Origin: Iphione sp. A-MEVVRFRX5 | Taxonomy: Eukaryota | DNA length: 64,000 nucleotides | NCBI GenBank assembly: GCA_976226885.1 | Contig: OZ320314.1 | Span: 67,518,001 to 67,582,000 of the forward strand | Reading direction: 5' to 3' | In this document: piece by piece, positions 23,204 through 37,802 of the stretch | Position numbering within the stretch: position 1 is the stretch's first letter | Layout of the letters: each line of letters begins with the position of its first letter | Translations under genes and position numbers: made by a program | Notes under the pieces: generated by a model | Database searches by the model: none | What the model was told of the DNA's origin: nothing | The model's input: only the letters and a program-made list of their open reading frames with translations

Positions 23204-24794
23204 CTAGCAAAGAAAACATTCGGTTATACATCGCTAAAGAACTGGGTTAGCATGTTGCATCGAATATATCACTCCATGTAGCAAGTGAATACCTACACAA
23301 GCAATGTACTGGAGTAGTTATCGATGATGGAAACGTTGCTATTTATACGGAATGAGTTAACGGTCTCGGTAATCTCACAAAGACTGAAGACTTACAATTG
23401 CTGGCTTTTTTAAAGCAAAAGGATACTTGGCCCCAATGACGCTAAAACACGCGGTTTCATTTTAGTTTCCATAGTGAACATAGCATGGAATTAGGAAAGT
23501 AACTGTAACTAAGGACAACAAAAATATATCCATTAACCTGACCGATCCCTTTCTCCTTATGAACCATTTTCTTTAACTGTTTTGTCAATATTTGGGAATG
23601 AATACAGTTAGAGACATATCACACATGTACAACAGGTTCTTTCTGGGTACTTAGCTTTCAAATGATATTAGTTTCATTAAAATCCAAACAGTACAGGTGG
23701 TAGTTGCTGGCTTCGAAGATACTGTTTAGCGTTTTCAGGCTCCATTAATGATAACAAAAGCCCTACCTGCCAAACCTATTTTTTCAGCATGTTACTGGAA
23801 ACACATATTTTTTAGGCTTTAGGAGAAAGGCTAGCACGTTTTTTTTTCACTGTCGCACTGAGAGCTTGCTTTCGGACAGCCAGGATGTTAGTATAACGTC
23901 TGAATAATACATACATTTCCCTGTTATTATGTCTATGCACAAGTTCATCATGAAGTTTCTTTTAATTTAAAGACTATTACAGGAGTCCCATTCGCATTAT
24001 AAACGCCTCCCCTTGGAGAAATTTTTAAGATGGCTTTCGACACTAGCATCTTTTAGATGACCATCTCGTTACTATGTATTACGTCGGAGTTTAATGACAG
24101 ATCGTGTTTCTAGAACTATTCCAGTTTCAGTCTCGATTCGTCCCCTAGAGATTACCTCCCCTACGAAATTAGTACTCTTCCAAGGAAGCACAGCTCATTC
24201 GGGAAAGAGGTCATCAAGTGGTAGGTGCCAATCCACGTAAATGCTATGATTGGCCTGAGCTCGGCCGCTAGCCTCATCAGGAGACCCGTGTGTACACGAT
24301 ACTTAGCTTGAGGCAGTGCGTGTGTGTATACGTGCCTGTGTGTATGTATACATATATGTGTTTGTCCTGTGGGACTAGTGGCGCCGGGTCTCCTCCCGCT
24401 GCTGAAAGACGGGAGTCAATCAAGGAATCAAGGATGTTAAGTCCCACGGGAAAGAAACTGTTCCAGCAAGTAATCCGGGCCGCCTTTCCCGAGTCCCTTA
24501 TTTCACCTTTTGTAAGTATCATCAGTATCTGGATGTTCGTTGATGAAGTGGGATGCGACCTTCTGTCCAGCCCTCTGGCCAATTGGTGGGGGGTCGGGGA
24601 GGGGGAGGGGCAGTCTTGGACAGTCTGAGTGTGACTATATGGACCTGAGGCAGTTTACGAAGTTTGCTAGAACTGATCAGGTACCATGACAGTACACGTA
24701 GTCTGGTTAGACATAATGGGTAAAAATATCGACGGGATTCCCTGCTGAAAAGATCTTACATGCAAGATATTGGGGCGTCAAAATGTCGGCTTAC

Positions 24795-24893
24795 CAGACG
24801 ACGCGCTGCTGGATCAGCCCCTTGTTTTAACAGTTCGCGGACACAATCGAGGTGGTTATTGGCTGCAGCTAGTACTAAAGGTGTTGTCCCTTC
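24795..24893 (-). CDS. ANKRD29: ANKRD29 exon 3 (ankyrin repeat)
   Basis: 99 nt: EGTTPLVLAAANNHLDCVRELLKQGADPAARRL, with canonical AG/GT. Confidence 0.93.
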
Positions 24894-25271
24894 CTGAGGA
24901 GAAAACAAACGGTGAAAGTCAAATCCATGACTACATAACAGCATACATTATGTTGAAACGACCTCACTCTTGAAGAATTCACCACAGTGGTAGAGATACA
25001 ATGAAGTAGAACTACTTTTATGAAAATTATAAATACATGTACAAGAGAAACAGAGTAGTAGTAAGCTATGTAATAAATCGATTGTTTAGAATTGTGAACA
25101 ATATTCACTGCGAACACCTCACCATGCCGATCAACACTGTCTACATGTAAAGATCATCCATATTATGACTACGTGTACTCAACTGTGATAATTTGTTACT
25201 GACTTTTCAAGGACACCATGCAAAAGCTAGAGCGCCAAAATGGCAATTCTACTGTAGACATCCAGCTAATT

Positions 25272-25614
25272 AGGCCAAAAAAATAGGTGTGTTTCTGGTA
25301 ACCCACCCCTACCTAGTAAAACCTCACCCTACCTAAAGATTTTTTGGCTCCAAAACGTTTCCAAGGCTGAATTTCCTTAGATATGTGTTTTCATGGCATG
25401 TTTTTGGTAAATTCAGTAGAAAAACAACAAAATCCATAGACATTCAACAAAAAATATAAAACTCATACAGATTGGTCAAAATTCTTGATATTATCTTTTT
25501 TATTATCGAAAACCAGGGGAAGAATCTGGAAAAAATCTATAAAAAAAAGATACCCCCCTCCCTACCTAGGTTTTTGGCTGATCATTACCAGAACACTCCT
25601 ATTTTTTTTGGCTT
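25272..25614. mobile_element. Short MITE with about 30-bp imperfect TIRs
   Basis: aggccaaaaaaataggtgtgtttctggtaa (25272-25301) is the approximate reverse complement of ttaccagaacactcctattttttttggctt (25585-25614). The AT-rich interior has repeated cctacctag. Confidence 0.65.
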
Positions 25615-27275
25615 TACTTCTACTTAACCAAGAACTAGTTGAAATATTTACTCTTGTTGACTTTTTATATTAAACTGATCAATTTCAACGACTTTTAGCT
25701 GATTATATTAATTTATCCAACATTTATTTATGTTTATAACACTTCGAGTATTATTATCCAATCACTTTAAAAGTTCATATTCACTGTGGAACTTGGCTTT
25801 TGGTAGACTATATAAAGAGGTCCAAGGACCACATTCAAACACTATTGTGTTTAATGAAGACCTGAGAAGATCAAAAGCTTACACATCACCATTGCTCTTG
25901 GAACTAAGAAATAAAACCAGACAGTACTCGATATCCGGTTGTAGGATTTTTATTCACATATGTGACTACGAATGTTCTATGACAAAAAAAAAACTACACA
26001 GCGATTTACATTTGTCATTTTATGTTTACTTAAAGCACGGCTACGATGATCACTGCTCTTTGAGCCTATTTAGTGAAGTGTGGCATTATCCTACGTATTG
26101 AACCGGCCCCTGTGAATATTATAGATTATAGACATGCTGCTCTACCCTGACTCTTGTGCTGACTCGCTGTGAAAAAAGCATCATTTTTTAACCGCTTCGA
26201 CTCTCTATGAGCCCTAGCCTCGTAAAAATTTTTTTTCTGCCCATTCTTTCTGATTCTGGCCCTCTGTGAAGGGGGAACCCTCCGGCTCTCCAACTGCGGA
26301 CTATGGGTACCACAGGCTAGTACCAGCAAACCTCTACTGTCATAGACCCCATATATACCGTAAGGTCCCCTAGCATACCCACTGCCCACAGGGGCCTTTG
26401 GAGGTTCCATATGGACCGGGTGGGTACTCAGATTTTTTACACCCTATACTGGATGGCCATGCTACTCCCACGGTGCCTGATGAGACTATTACAGTCGAAA
26501 CCATGCATCCCCCATGGACCAACAACGGCTAACCATTACCTGTCACCTCTTTCTCTTACCCAATTCCCCCCCCCCCTCCCGCCACCCTCTCCACGTCATC
26601 CCATCCCACCCTTCACCGGACTACACTGAGGAGCCCCTCCCCCTTCTCCCCTCCCTTCCAGGGAGCATCATGGGAACTCCACATCTCCCCCCCCCCCCGA
26701 AATATTTTTTTTTTCCAAAAATTGTTGATGAGCCGCCTCCTCTGCACTAAGGCCCCACAACCACTTCTCCAAAATTTTTTCTTTGGTCTAGAGGTTTGCA
26801 TTCCGCATATTGGGAGGGTGCACTGTCACCCTTGCCCTTCTGCATGGTCGCACCGGAGTTCAGAGACTGAGTTGAACCCCTCGCCACGTTTGCTCATTAC
26901 GACTCTCTATGAGCCTATTTAATATCATGGGCGCCATTATGGCGCCAGACAGGAGTGCCTAAAGAAACATTGTAGCCGTGACTTTAAGCGAGATACGTAA
27001 TATGCGAACTCGTGGTACCATTGAGAGAGAGACAGAGACACTGCAGCCACTTCTACTTGTCCGATTTTAATAAATTTTATATCAAATGAAAGCTAGGGGC
27101 CTGAGGAAGACAATTAACCATAGTATGGCTCTCTAGAGCCATTATGGTGGATGCTATGCCCATGTAAAGTTTCATCACGTAATACACGGACTCGTGGTTC
27201 ATACAAAACTGACGAGATTGCAGCCACTTCTACATGGACTCGCGCAGGAAAACTGACAAACTTTACATGAGAGAG

Positions 27276-27435
27276 NNNNNNNNNNNNNNNNNNNNNNNNN
27301 NNNNNNNNNNNNNNNNNNNNNNNNNNNNNNNNNNNNNNNNNNNNNNNNNNNNNNNNNNNNNNNNNNNNNNNNNNNNNNNNNNNNNNNNNNNNNNNNNNNN
27401 NNNNNNNNNNNNNNNNNNNNNNNNNNNNNNNNNNN
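27276..27435. other. Assembly gap (160 N)
   Basis: Run of N. Confidence 1.
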
Positions 27436-30400
27436 AGATACAGCCCTCGTAGAGCATGCAATTGATATATTACTTCATAACACATATACTAGGATTTCAT
27501 AGAGTTTGTGTGTATGTGTGTGTGGAGCCGTGACTTTAAGTGAGATACAGCTCTTGTAGAGCATGTACTTGATATATTACCATGGTATAATATCCTTGGC
27601 TCTGCCTCGAATATTATACCATGGTAATATATCGCGTACAGTGCTCTACTCGTGCTGTATCTATCACATAAAATACCATAATTATGTCAATGTGGCTCAT
27701 GGTCCATTGTATGATACCTGTATGCACATCTTATTTAGGTGTAACTCCCGCAAAAATATGCGCCCATGGACATACACGCTCTAAGCTTTATAATATGCGA
27801 GATAGCAATACAAGGGTAAGAATAACGCCACACCTTCAAACAGTTCACACACCACTATTCCTAGCGTCTCCTGATGGATCCAGTGGATCAGAAGCAGAGT
27901 AAACGACAAAGCATTGAAATGTGTAGTATATTGCGTGATATACAAAAAGTATGGGGATCGCAAAGTGAGGTACGCCATACAAATGAACGCCACAGTTGAT
28001 ACGTGATTGAAATATAAACATATAGCAAGTACATGATGATGTGCAGTGTAAAGTTTCATAGAAACAGTTTAGCAATCACAACACTTTAATTTATAAACAA
28101 AGGTCATGCACAGTTTATGCAAGCAGTGTCCCTCTAAGGCGGTGTTCACATGGATATGTATTTTTGTAAAACAGGTATGGATCCATGAACGGATTTTGTC
28201 CATCCTATAACAATTGTACTAATGTGTTCACATGTAGCTGTACATATGGAAACATATCCGTAGCCGTATGTAGAAGATCCGTCGGCAATGGATTTTTGTA
28301 CGGAGACCGATCCGTTTCCCATAGCCTCTAGTGGTAGAAAACATCTGGTATTACATATGGGAGGGTCTTGAACAAACACTTCAGGAGGTATTTCACAGAT
28401 ACAGGCCCGTAAATGTTCTTTCTCTATAGATACATCTGAGCACTGCCTAATGCTGTACGTACAGGATCACCTGGCACATTTCCTAAGAACTAACAACACA
28501 TTGTCTAACTTATAAGAATTTATCAAATCTATGGTAACTCAATGGATAAAAGCCATTAGTAAATGCAATAAATGTAGACTATTTGCCTAGAGACCTTTAA
28601 ACACCTTGAAAGTGAGCAGGCTGAAATTTCTCCCCTCTTGATGAAGGAATTTAGGTTGGTGTGGGTTCTACTGTTTGGGCTACTGATCCTTCATAATAGG
28701 GGTGGGGAATCACGTGAGTATTAACAATGCAATCAACTAAACATACACGGATCATCAGCGACATATGTGCAACTTAAACAATTTAACTAACATTACTATT
28801 TCAACCAATCCATGAGAGGTTCTATTTGGTGTGGATCACCCCCACCATACAGTATAAAAGCTCATGTTTTGGCACTCAAGACCCACTTGCCTGAGGAAGG
28901 CTGTAACTGGCTGAAAGCTATCACATGTACCATACTCCAGAATAAAAGTGCACCTATTGCTTTGGAACTGTTGTGATTTCCTTTACCTGCACTGCAATCA
29001 ACTGTGTGAAATGCCTCTAGATTACAGTGGAATCTCAGTTTTAGGTCATGTCAGAAATACAGAACGGGGTGAATACAATTGAATTTGCGTGGAACGGACA
29101 GTTATCTCAATGATTACACTACCTATACATGTATAAAACGTTGCCCAAAAGGAGCCCGGCCATGGGCAGAAGCTCTCACCAAGATGAGATTTAAGACAGG
29201 GAACCTCTTTTTCATAATTATTGATGTATCCAGTGAAATTATTGCAAAAGAAGATAAGCAGTGTTGAAATTATCTTGATTATGACAGTTTTAAACAGAAC
29301 CAGAATAGGATTCTGGACTATTTCCTCTATATCCTTGCACCAGAGAGAGGAGGAACATCAAGTTAACCAGATGGACTTAGGCCATATGTATTCTTCCCCA
29401 GCACCCCCCCCCCTCCCCAACTAAGTCAAGTAAAGAAGAACCGAGGGTTGTAAACTTGAAAGACTTCAGTGGTCTGGCACACCTCCGTGTGGGGAGGGTG
29501 GAGAGCCAAAGGCGTTTGTCCAATACATGTATACAAAAACACACATACAGGAGTACAGTTACCTTATCCATATGGTCAGCACACCCTGTGGTTGGGCCAT
29601 TTTTCAGTACTAAAAATGTTACAGACACCATGAATACAGTCAAGTGTAACCGCTTCAGCATAACCAAGACAAAAGCAAAGCATCAGGCGACAGTGCCTCA
29701 ATGACTTCAGTCATGTAAACCTCTAACATAACTATACTATTTATACAGACACCACAAAAACAATGAAATAACAAAGGAGTAGCATCAGTGTGGGCTTATC
29801 CGTTAATTATTTAGTTATTTCAGTCTGCCAAACCTCTTACGTAATGTCTATCAGGTAGCAACCTTCCCAGGGACGGTGGAAAATCATTAAGACCACATGG
29901 AAATGAGAGTGTATATCAGGGGTTAGAGATTTAACATGAAGCTATTGTAACCACTTTTACTCAGAACAGTGGGTGATGGTATTGTTGGGGTTCCACATTA
30001 TTTCAGTTATTTTATGAGTGCAGTGTAGACCTCTGCATAAGATCAAGTTAGGGACTGAACAATTTTAGTCTCGCCTGCAGTTTGGATGCACTAGTTGTGT
30101 TTAAGTGTTTGGGGGACTTAAAAATCCCGGTCTCCTCCCTCGTTTGATCTTTTCGGTGATCTGGGTCGCCACTATATTGGTAACGACAATAACATTGTTC
30201 TTTCAAAGAATTGCACAGACACCGTACAGCACTCTTAGACCTTTCCCATTACGATCTACACGTAACTCTGTTGGTCCTGGACATGCTTAATTGACGGATC
30301 ACCCGTTACAACACTAACGTTTACCATTTTTAAGACGTCTGGAAAATAAATACGATTCCCACTTATAACGTCACAAATAATAAAAAAAACCTCCACAACT

Positions 30401-33400
30401 CTGCGAGCAGTTGACAACTTCACCTCCATCAACTCAAGGTTCTGTGCATATAAAATAAATGATCTTTCGCATCCTGGTTGTCTAAGGAAATGAGCTTTGC
30501 CGTCCCTGAGTTCCCATCTGCTTTTACCCGTAGATTTAACACGGCAAAACGAATGATGCTCTAATGAAGTGCCTTGCAGCATGGAGGCGACATTAACTAG
30601 TAATAAGGTCATTTCGACGTGAGAGAGCCGGTTGGCACGAGGGGTCGCAGAAGGACATTATTAACGCCACCTTCAGATTTCAGCATGGCTTTTCCTGGCA
30701 ACTGAAGCAGTGGCCTCCTTGATCCATGGCTGATATCACAAGACGTGAAGGTAACTAGGTCTGGGTTCCTGACACGTGTCCAATGATAAGCTCTCCAAAT
30801 TTTTTCTGCGTAGAGGCAACTGCTAGGCTTATGTGGGCAGCCTGTTTATCAGTCTTTAGATTTTAACATTTGAATGTTCAGGACACTTGACTCAGATGCT
30901 TATAGTGGGTAAAGTGTGTATATTGTACATGTGTGCCAACAGAAGGCAGAGAGTAATACATAGGCAAGGCTCAATGTATGGTATGATGCTGGCATGTTAA
31001 CTAGTAATTTAAGTTACAGATAAAGGATGATGCATTATGGATAAAGATAATATTTCTATAGCTAGGTTCAGAAAACTTCACTAAAAGGTTAGAAGTAAAG
31101 TAACGAATTGTAAACTGGTTCATTAAAAACACCGCCCCCCTCGTTCTATGAATATATGTTTGGTCATGCGACTGTATTAATTCATGCTAGCATCTATGAT
31201 GGGGGTGCATATATGCAAACTGCCATCTGTAAACGGCACAAACACCCATTCGGTCGGACGTCTGCATGTCTAGCATCCTATCGAAGCCAATCTAAATAAG
31301 GGAGAAGTGTTGCTGAGGAAGGAGGCTCCTTCAGATGAGTAACCTAGACTATCATAAACGGTTCTCTGAAGCAAGTTAGAAACTCTTGTGTCCTTTGGCT
31401 CTTTGAAGATTCATCTTGGAATTGCTTAGGGAGTGCTTCCGCTTGAACTGGGTGACTTGGTAAGGTAGGTCCATTCAGGTATGACAGCACGAGACACCTG
31501 CTCTGTTGTACAGGATTTCATACATTTTTTTGCTTTATTTTCCAACCGATTAGGAAGCTTCCAATCTAGAAACTGTTCAGTAAGGACAAATTAATTTTTC
31601 CCTCCACTTGCTTTCAATGGCCGAACCTTCCTAGATTGTATAAGCTCGTCGTGTTAGATGTTAACTTGTCAAAATGAAAAAAATGGTCAGTGATCTAGGT
31701 TTTCAGCCACAATGACATCAAATTGAGAGAAATGGTCGAGGCTCCCTCTCCACAAGCTGTATATCAGATCCCATTTGTCTTAACGCAAACTCTTAAGAGA
31801 AGGAAATATATTTATATTTTGTTCTTTAGCTATTATCTTCAAAATATATACGTGCAAAACGTCCAACGCATAGGATACCGTTTTTGTAATTTCAGAGCTC
31901 TAGGGATCTTGGTTATGAAGTCAAAAACTACCTGGATACACAATCAGACACACAGAAAGCTGAAGGTTTGAACAGTGGCACGCCTAAGGTTCCCAGCCTC
32001 TCAGATAGAAAGCTAATTAGAATTCAGATAGTTTTGTAAGCCAAAATACATTCGTGAAGTACATCATAGGGTACAATAATAGTAGCCTAAATGCAAATAG
32101 CTACATGAATGACTTCAAGCAATTTAAGCAACTAAACATTGGAATCTAAGTTTTGAATGAACCGATCGATTTGCAGTCCCTTTTTGCAAACTGCAATGTC
32201 AAAAAAACAGTTTTCATGATTTGAGAGTATTGCGGGTCTGTAACCAATCCTGGCCGGTCGAATGTACATATAAGAAACGTTACTTAATTTGATAGATGTG
32301 TTTCTTTCCAGACTTTCAGGTAGTTTCAATGTATATAAGCCATACTAAATTCAAACGCACAAATTCAACTTACATGAAGGAGAGATTCAAACTCACCATG
32401 TAACTGAGTGAGGGCAAACTGCAAGTAACTGTATTAGATCTGGCTTACTGTAAGATGAAGCAGATTTTTCCTGTCATCTTTGTAGAGAAATTCAAGTAGG
32501 TGATGCTTTTCTGGGGGTATCGTACGATACCCCCGATACCCTCTTGGCTAAGTGCCTGACATCAAACCAAGAAAGGGTCAGACAAGTGCAGCAATCAATC
32601 TTTATTCGTACAAACACGCCAAGGCTAGAAGACATTCGTTCATTATCTTTTTCTTCAACCATCGGCTCCCGAACTCTTGACAATAGGGATAAATATTCCC
32701 TCGTAAAGCCATGTCGGCATGTGACCTTGGAAACACTGGCTCACTGAGCCTCAGAGAGGTACATTGACTAGGTCTACCCACGTATTGAAGAAAACGACGT
32801 CATATCAACCCATACGGACAGTTTCTACCGCGTTTCCACATGGCATGCCATAGGTACATTTGGACAAACTTAGTCATCATCATATAGAAATCATACAATA
32901 AAGCCAAAATTACGGTCCTCTATAAGCATCTCGAGGGAACGCCAGTGGATAAGGGATATGGGACAGGCGTTCTTTGACTTATCGTTAACAAAATGCGGAT
33001 TAGAGACCGAACTTGATTCTGGAGCCAATCGCTGTGCCAAATATGAACTTACAAAACTTTCTATTAAAGACACTATGTTCTATTGGTCCTGTAATCTATA
33101 GTTTAGTTGGACGCAAATAATGACTATAAAATCGATCAAAAATCACATAGCAGGAGACTAATAATTAAGGAGTCCAAATAGCACTATGATACTGTGTCGG
33201 CTAACGTTCTTAAGCACGGGTAGTTCCAGCAGAAAACCCAGCGACTCTGTGATTATCAATTGATCCTCTGATTAAAAGGGCGGAAGTTTAAACATGAGAA
33301 AGCTACACTGCACATCACTTGCCGGTACATGTTTTATGGGACTGTTATACTATTCTACGCACAAAATCAGCAGTGACGATTTTCCACAGTCAGCTTTCAT

Positions 33401-36400
33401 TTAAAGAACAGATGGCAAAACCGGCAATGATTCCGTAGTAGCTATATTGTATCCCATAGTTACAATGCCGCTTAATGGTGCTGGATAAACGTTATGCTCT
33501 GAGACATTGGGGAGATCTGCTCCAGCGAAGGGAGGCCGTCTCCGTCTAACGACTGGGTCAATCCCGAGGGGCACTACACCCGGCAAGCCGCCAAATGGTC
33601 CGGAAGCAACAGCACATCTAGCACTGGCCGAAGTACGGACAGAACTTCATGCACACAGTATTCCTACTCCTAAAGGCGCCATCTTGTAGAAAGAGAATCA
33701 CATAATTACTGCAACTACAGCTAATTACAGTAGCATTCAGTGGAAATATTAGATAACAGAAAGGCCTATATACCACAAGAAAGCCTGATCTTTCAGGCTT
33801 AATTTGATGTATAACATGTATATATTGTGTATGAACTACGTATAAGGGAAATGAAGTGAAAGTAGCTACCCCCAGCTCTCTACATAGCCTCTGTTCATAA
33901 TCAGGCTGCTTGTTTTGTAATCTGAGCCTAGTACAGTTTATAAAAATATTTCTAAGTACTACCAATGAATTTATCATATCTGGCAAACTTTGTGTATGAA
34001 GTTTCATAAAAAAGGAAAAGTTTAAGAAAATCTATCATAATACCACATTATAGTAAGTTTTCTGCATTGTTCCTATGGGTCAATATTTCACCAAATTCAT
34101 TCCTTTTTGTGACATGAAACCTTGTATAATTCAACAACCACTTGTGCAATTCTAAAAATTCCAAAAGCAAAATGAAGGAGAAGTGTTAATGTCATAGAAT
34201 AGATGGTGTCACGTTGTTACTCATATGGGACCAGCTTCGTGAAAATAGGGTTCTGAGCGAATGATCAGACAACTGTCATCAGTCAGTACTGGTTGAGCTT
34301 GGAACGATTATCTCAAGACTGCGGATGTTGAGGTTTTCCCCTCCTTTTTACCAGCAGTGCCTGATACGGTATTTCTCGAAACCGTACTTAAGGCAGTCGC
34401 CCAGCATGCCCCGCTCGCCAGGGTCTTTCATTGAGGGTAGATATTGTAGCAGAGACATGCTTGTCCTTGCTAAGAACGGACATCAGCGTTGATTGCAGGT
34501 AAGTAATAATATCAATTGGTACTATGTAAGAGCACACCTGTGGTGATCACGTGACCGCTCCATCATCTACTCTGCTATTGTTACTGGAGTGACCAGTCAA
34601 AAGTGACAAAAGTAATTTTTACTCAATCCTATGTAATCCTGATGTGACACGACTTATTCTGGAGGATAGAAGGATGCACTTTTTCAATGAAGAGACATAT
34701 ATTCTCTCACTTGCTCTCTGAGAAAGTTCAGCAGGCTAATTTTCTGCATTTGGAGTGAACCAGATATTTTATGAGGATTGTTGTTATTTCATGCCCTCTT
34801 ACATATTGGAGACCAGGCTCATGTTACAAAATTAAAAACAAAATCAAAAATCAATGTCCTAGGATAGATAAGAGTGCCCATATCATTACCATGAGAAAAG
34901 TAGAAAATTATATGTCTTCGAATCAGAACTGTGTGCGAAAGTTAACAAATGTGACAACGGGGCACCCACATGGCAAAGGTACAATAAGTACACGTTAATA
35001 CATACTAAGGACACTTCTTTGCACTGATGGAGCAGAGAAATGATATGAAATCATTCTTACCTCCTCCTACCTTCTCTGCTCTGATAGAGCAGAGCCGTAC
35101 AAACGTATAACAGAAACTGAGGATCAAGTTTATCATAATATATATGATTTGTGCCCATCTTCTACTGATCGTCTTATCCAAACACATACTAACTTTCTAT
35201 GCCGCCGGGTGCTCCCCTACTAAATAACGAAAGACACCTGGAGTAAAAGGTAGCCAAGTATATAGTCCCTTTAAAGCGACAACTAGGACATTCTTAAATG
35301 TAGTCTCACAACATTGCTTCTGCAAGGAATGATGTGTCTAACTTCTAGGTACTGTTGTTTGCTCAAACCTATGTATCCCCTTATAACTGCTCTTTGGACA
35401 TACGTGTAAATAGAAAAGTCCCAATCACAAAAAAGTGTGTTAGTTTGCTAATGTTCAAATCATAGGGAATAAAATTTCTGGAATAGTGCTACCATAAAGC
35501 ACTTGATAAAGCTACAAGCATGTGCAGCGTTAAACTTCAAAGTGTACCACAGAAATTATTACTGAATTTGATTACATGGTGGTCAGATGATCAATGTCAA
35601 GGTCAGCCATTTTGCCCTGCACTCCCCAAATAACACAATCCTCCACTGTAGGTTTTCAATATGTAAGTGATAATACGTATGAAAGTTCAACTTGGTTTTG
35701 GTGTCATAAACCTGCTGACAATAGTGTTGAAATATTATACAAATTATATTCTGATCCGAGTAGTAAATTGGGTCATAGTATAGATTGGCACACCATGCAC
35801 GTATTGTAGAAGTAAAATAAGATAAAGAAAAATAAAAACTTTTATTCATCTAAAACTGTCACTTTTAAGAGACGTGTTTACAGAGTAAGAAGCGAGGTCA
35901 CAGTGGAAGTAGAATCCGTTCTTCACAAAGGTGTCCCCATGAGAGGTATATCTACTTCATATTGCTCCAACTAAAAATTATAAATATCAGCCATTGGTCA
36001 TGCTGAAATACAGAGATCTAATTTCTGAAAGGAATATTGAAATCGTATCATCTGTCTGATTACTGTCAAGAATGGTATTCGGCTCTTATTCCTGACCTAC
36101 TCTAAGATTAAGAATAAGTCTTGACCCAGTTACATGTACAGATAAAGACCATCTGTTTGTCCCTGTGGCAGGTGGAGCAGCACAGACATACTACACAAGT
36201 ACAAACACAAGTTCGAACGTGGAATTATTCCCACAAATTCACACACGTTTCTTTTCTCCAAGTGTGGGCTTCGAAATAAAATTTATTTCTTCTTGAGGAC
36301 TACGTAATAATACAGCTTATTTCAATGAACGTTCTACATTTCACACGTCGAATACTCAATCTGCAACACAGTATCCTCTGACTAACGCTTCTGATAAGAG

Positions 36401-37740
36401 ATAAAATATCCCCAAATAATTGCACAGGATCGGACTTTCATAAACCTTTCAGCTTGCTTCTGCACCAGCTGCTCATTCCCTAGAGATCGCAGAGTGTGGT
36501 CGTGTCTCGAATGGCATGGTGTAGAGAAGTGAGATAACGGACAGTAATATTTACACTAGCCTAATAACGTTAGTAGCTGGTAGTAGCTGCGTGAATGAAC
36601 TCTTACCGTCCGTTGCCTGTTGCCTAAAACGAATCGATAATTTTAAATTAAGCACAAATAATCTAAGTTAAAAAAAACAATTATACTTTTTAGCGTGAAA
36701 ATGTTCGCCAAAGAGGTTGACTTGACCGCGACTGGCCTCGCGTGGGAGGGGTCACTCACGACCTCCATCCCTCCCTGTGGCACTTGAAGACGGTCTGGCA
36801 ACATATGAATTACAAACTGAATTATTTGGGGTAGTCTGCAAATAAGTTTCTACCAATCGTCCACCTTTTTTCAATGAACATTCCACAATGTTTCAGAAAT
36901 TCATTGAAAATCGTGGCAATATTTGTAGTCACATATATGCAATATTTTACGTCCACTTATGTGAGCGTGTTCTCTGCCACGGAAGGTGATGTGGACAGAT
37001 ATAACTTCTGTCCACATGAGTAATTGTAGGTACGGCTTTTCCCTCGTACCACACATTGTCGCAGTGGTCTACTTGAGACAATACCGTCTGTATGAGCAGA
37101 CACCATCCAGTGTTGATATTGCTTGTAGTTCGACTGTGCTCATATCTTAACACCCACATCCACACCGTAGCATTACCCAGACCACAGGCTGGGATGGTCC
37201 ATGTTCCCTCAGAGGGGTGGTGGCTTCGTTGAGTTAATTTTAGAGCGGGACAGATGGGCGAAGGACCACTCATGTGTATTTCGCAGAGTACCATGGCTGC
37301 CTGGCAGTCGTGGTGTTGAGACCGGAGTAGTTCTGACATGTTTCTATGAGTTCATTTTACTGAGCACCTTAGAGCAATTTCGAGGACTTCAATACATGTA
37401 CCTGGTTAACCTGGATCGCCATGCACTAAGCTAGCACTAGAGATCAACGTAGAAACCGCTTCGTCCTTCTGGGGCTGATGGCAAGATTCCGTCTTAACTT
37501 TTAATGTATGTATGAATGACCTTTATATTGAACAGACTGAGAATCGGCATATAGACAGGGACACGTATGTATAGATGAAATTGCAGAAGACGGTGAAAAA
37601 AAACAGTAATGATGACAGGAAACCAGACCTACGCTTTGAAATAGGTTGGGGAACAATAGGTATGGAAGCAGAAAAAATAAACAATGTAAGCAGGGGAAAT
37701 GACCAAGCGATGAGTCATGAACAGTTGCACCAGCATATTC

Positions 37741-37741
<1 letters not shown>

Positions 37742-37782
<41 letters not shown>

Positions 37783-37802
37783 TTGTGTGTGTGTGTGTGT
37801 GT
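37742..37802. repeat. (GT)n microsatellite
   Basis: Read directly from the sequence. Confidence 0.95.

Noticed and set aside
24390-24640. WW-like peptide WPEGWTEGRIP on the minus strand
   Set aside because: It needs a frameshift, is followed by stops, and has no splice support.
26970-27600. Short direct duplications around the first gap
   Set aside because: They may be gap-edge assembly redundancy and cannot be interpreted.
30256-30612. 118-aa ATG ORF on the minus strand
   Set aside because: No recognisable motif; its length is within chance expectation.
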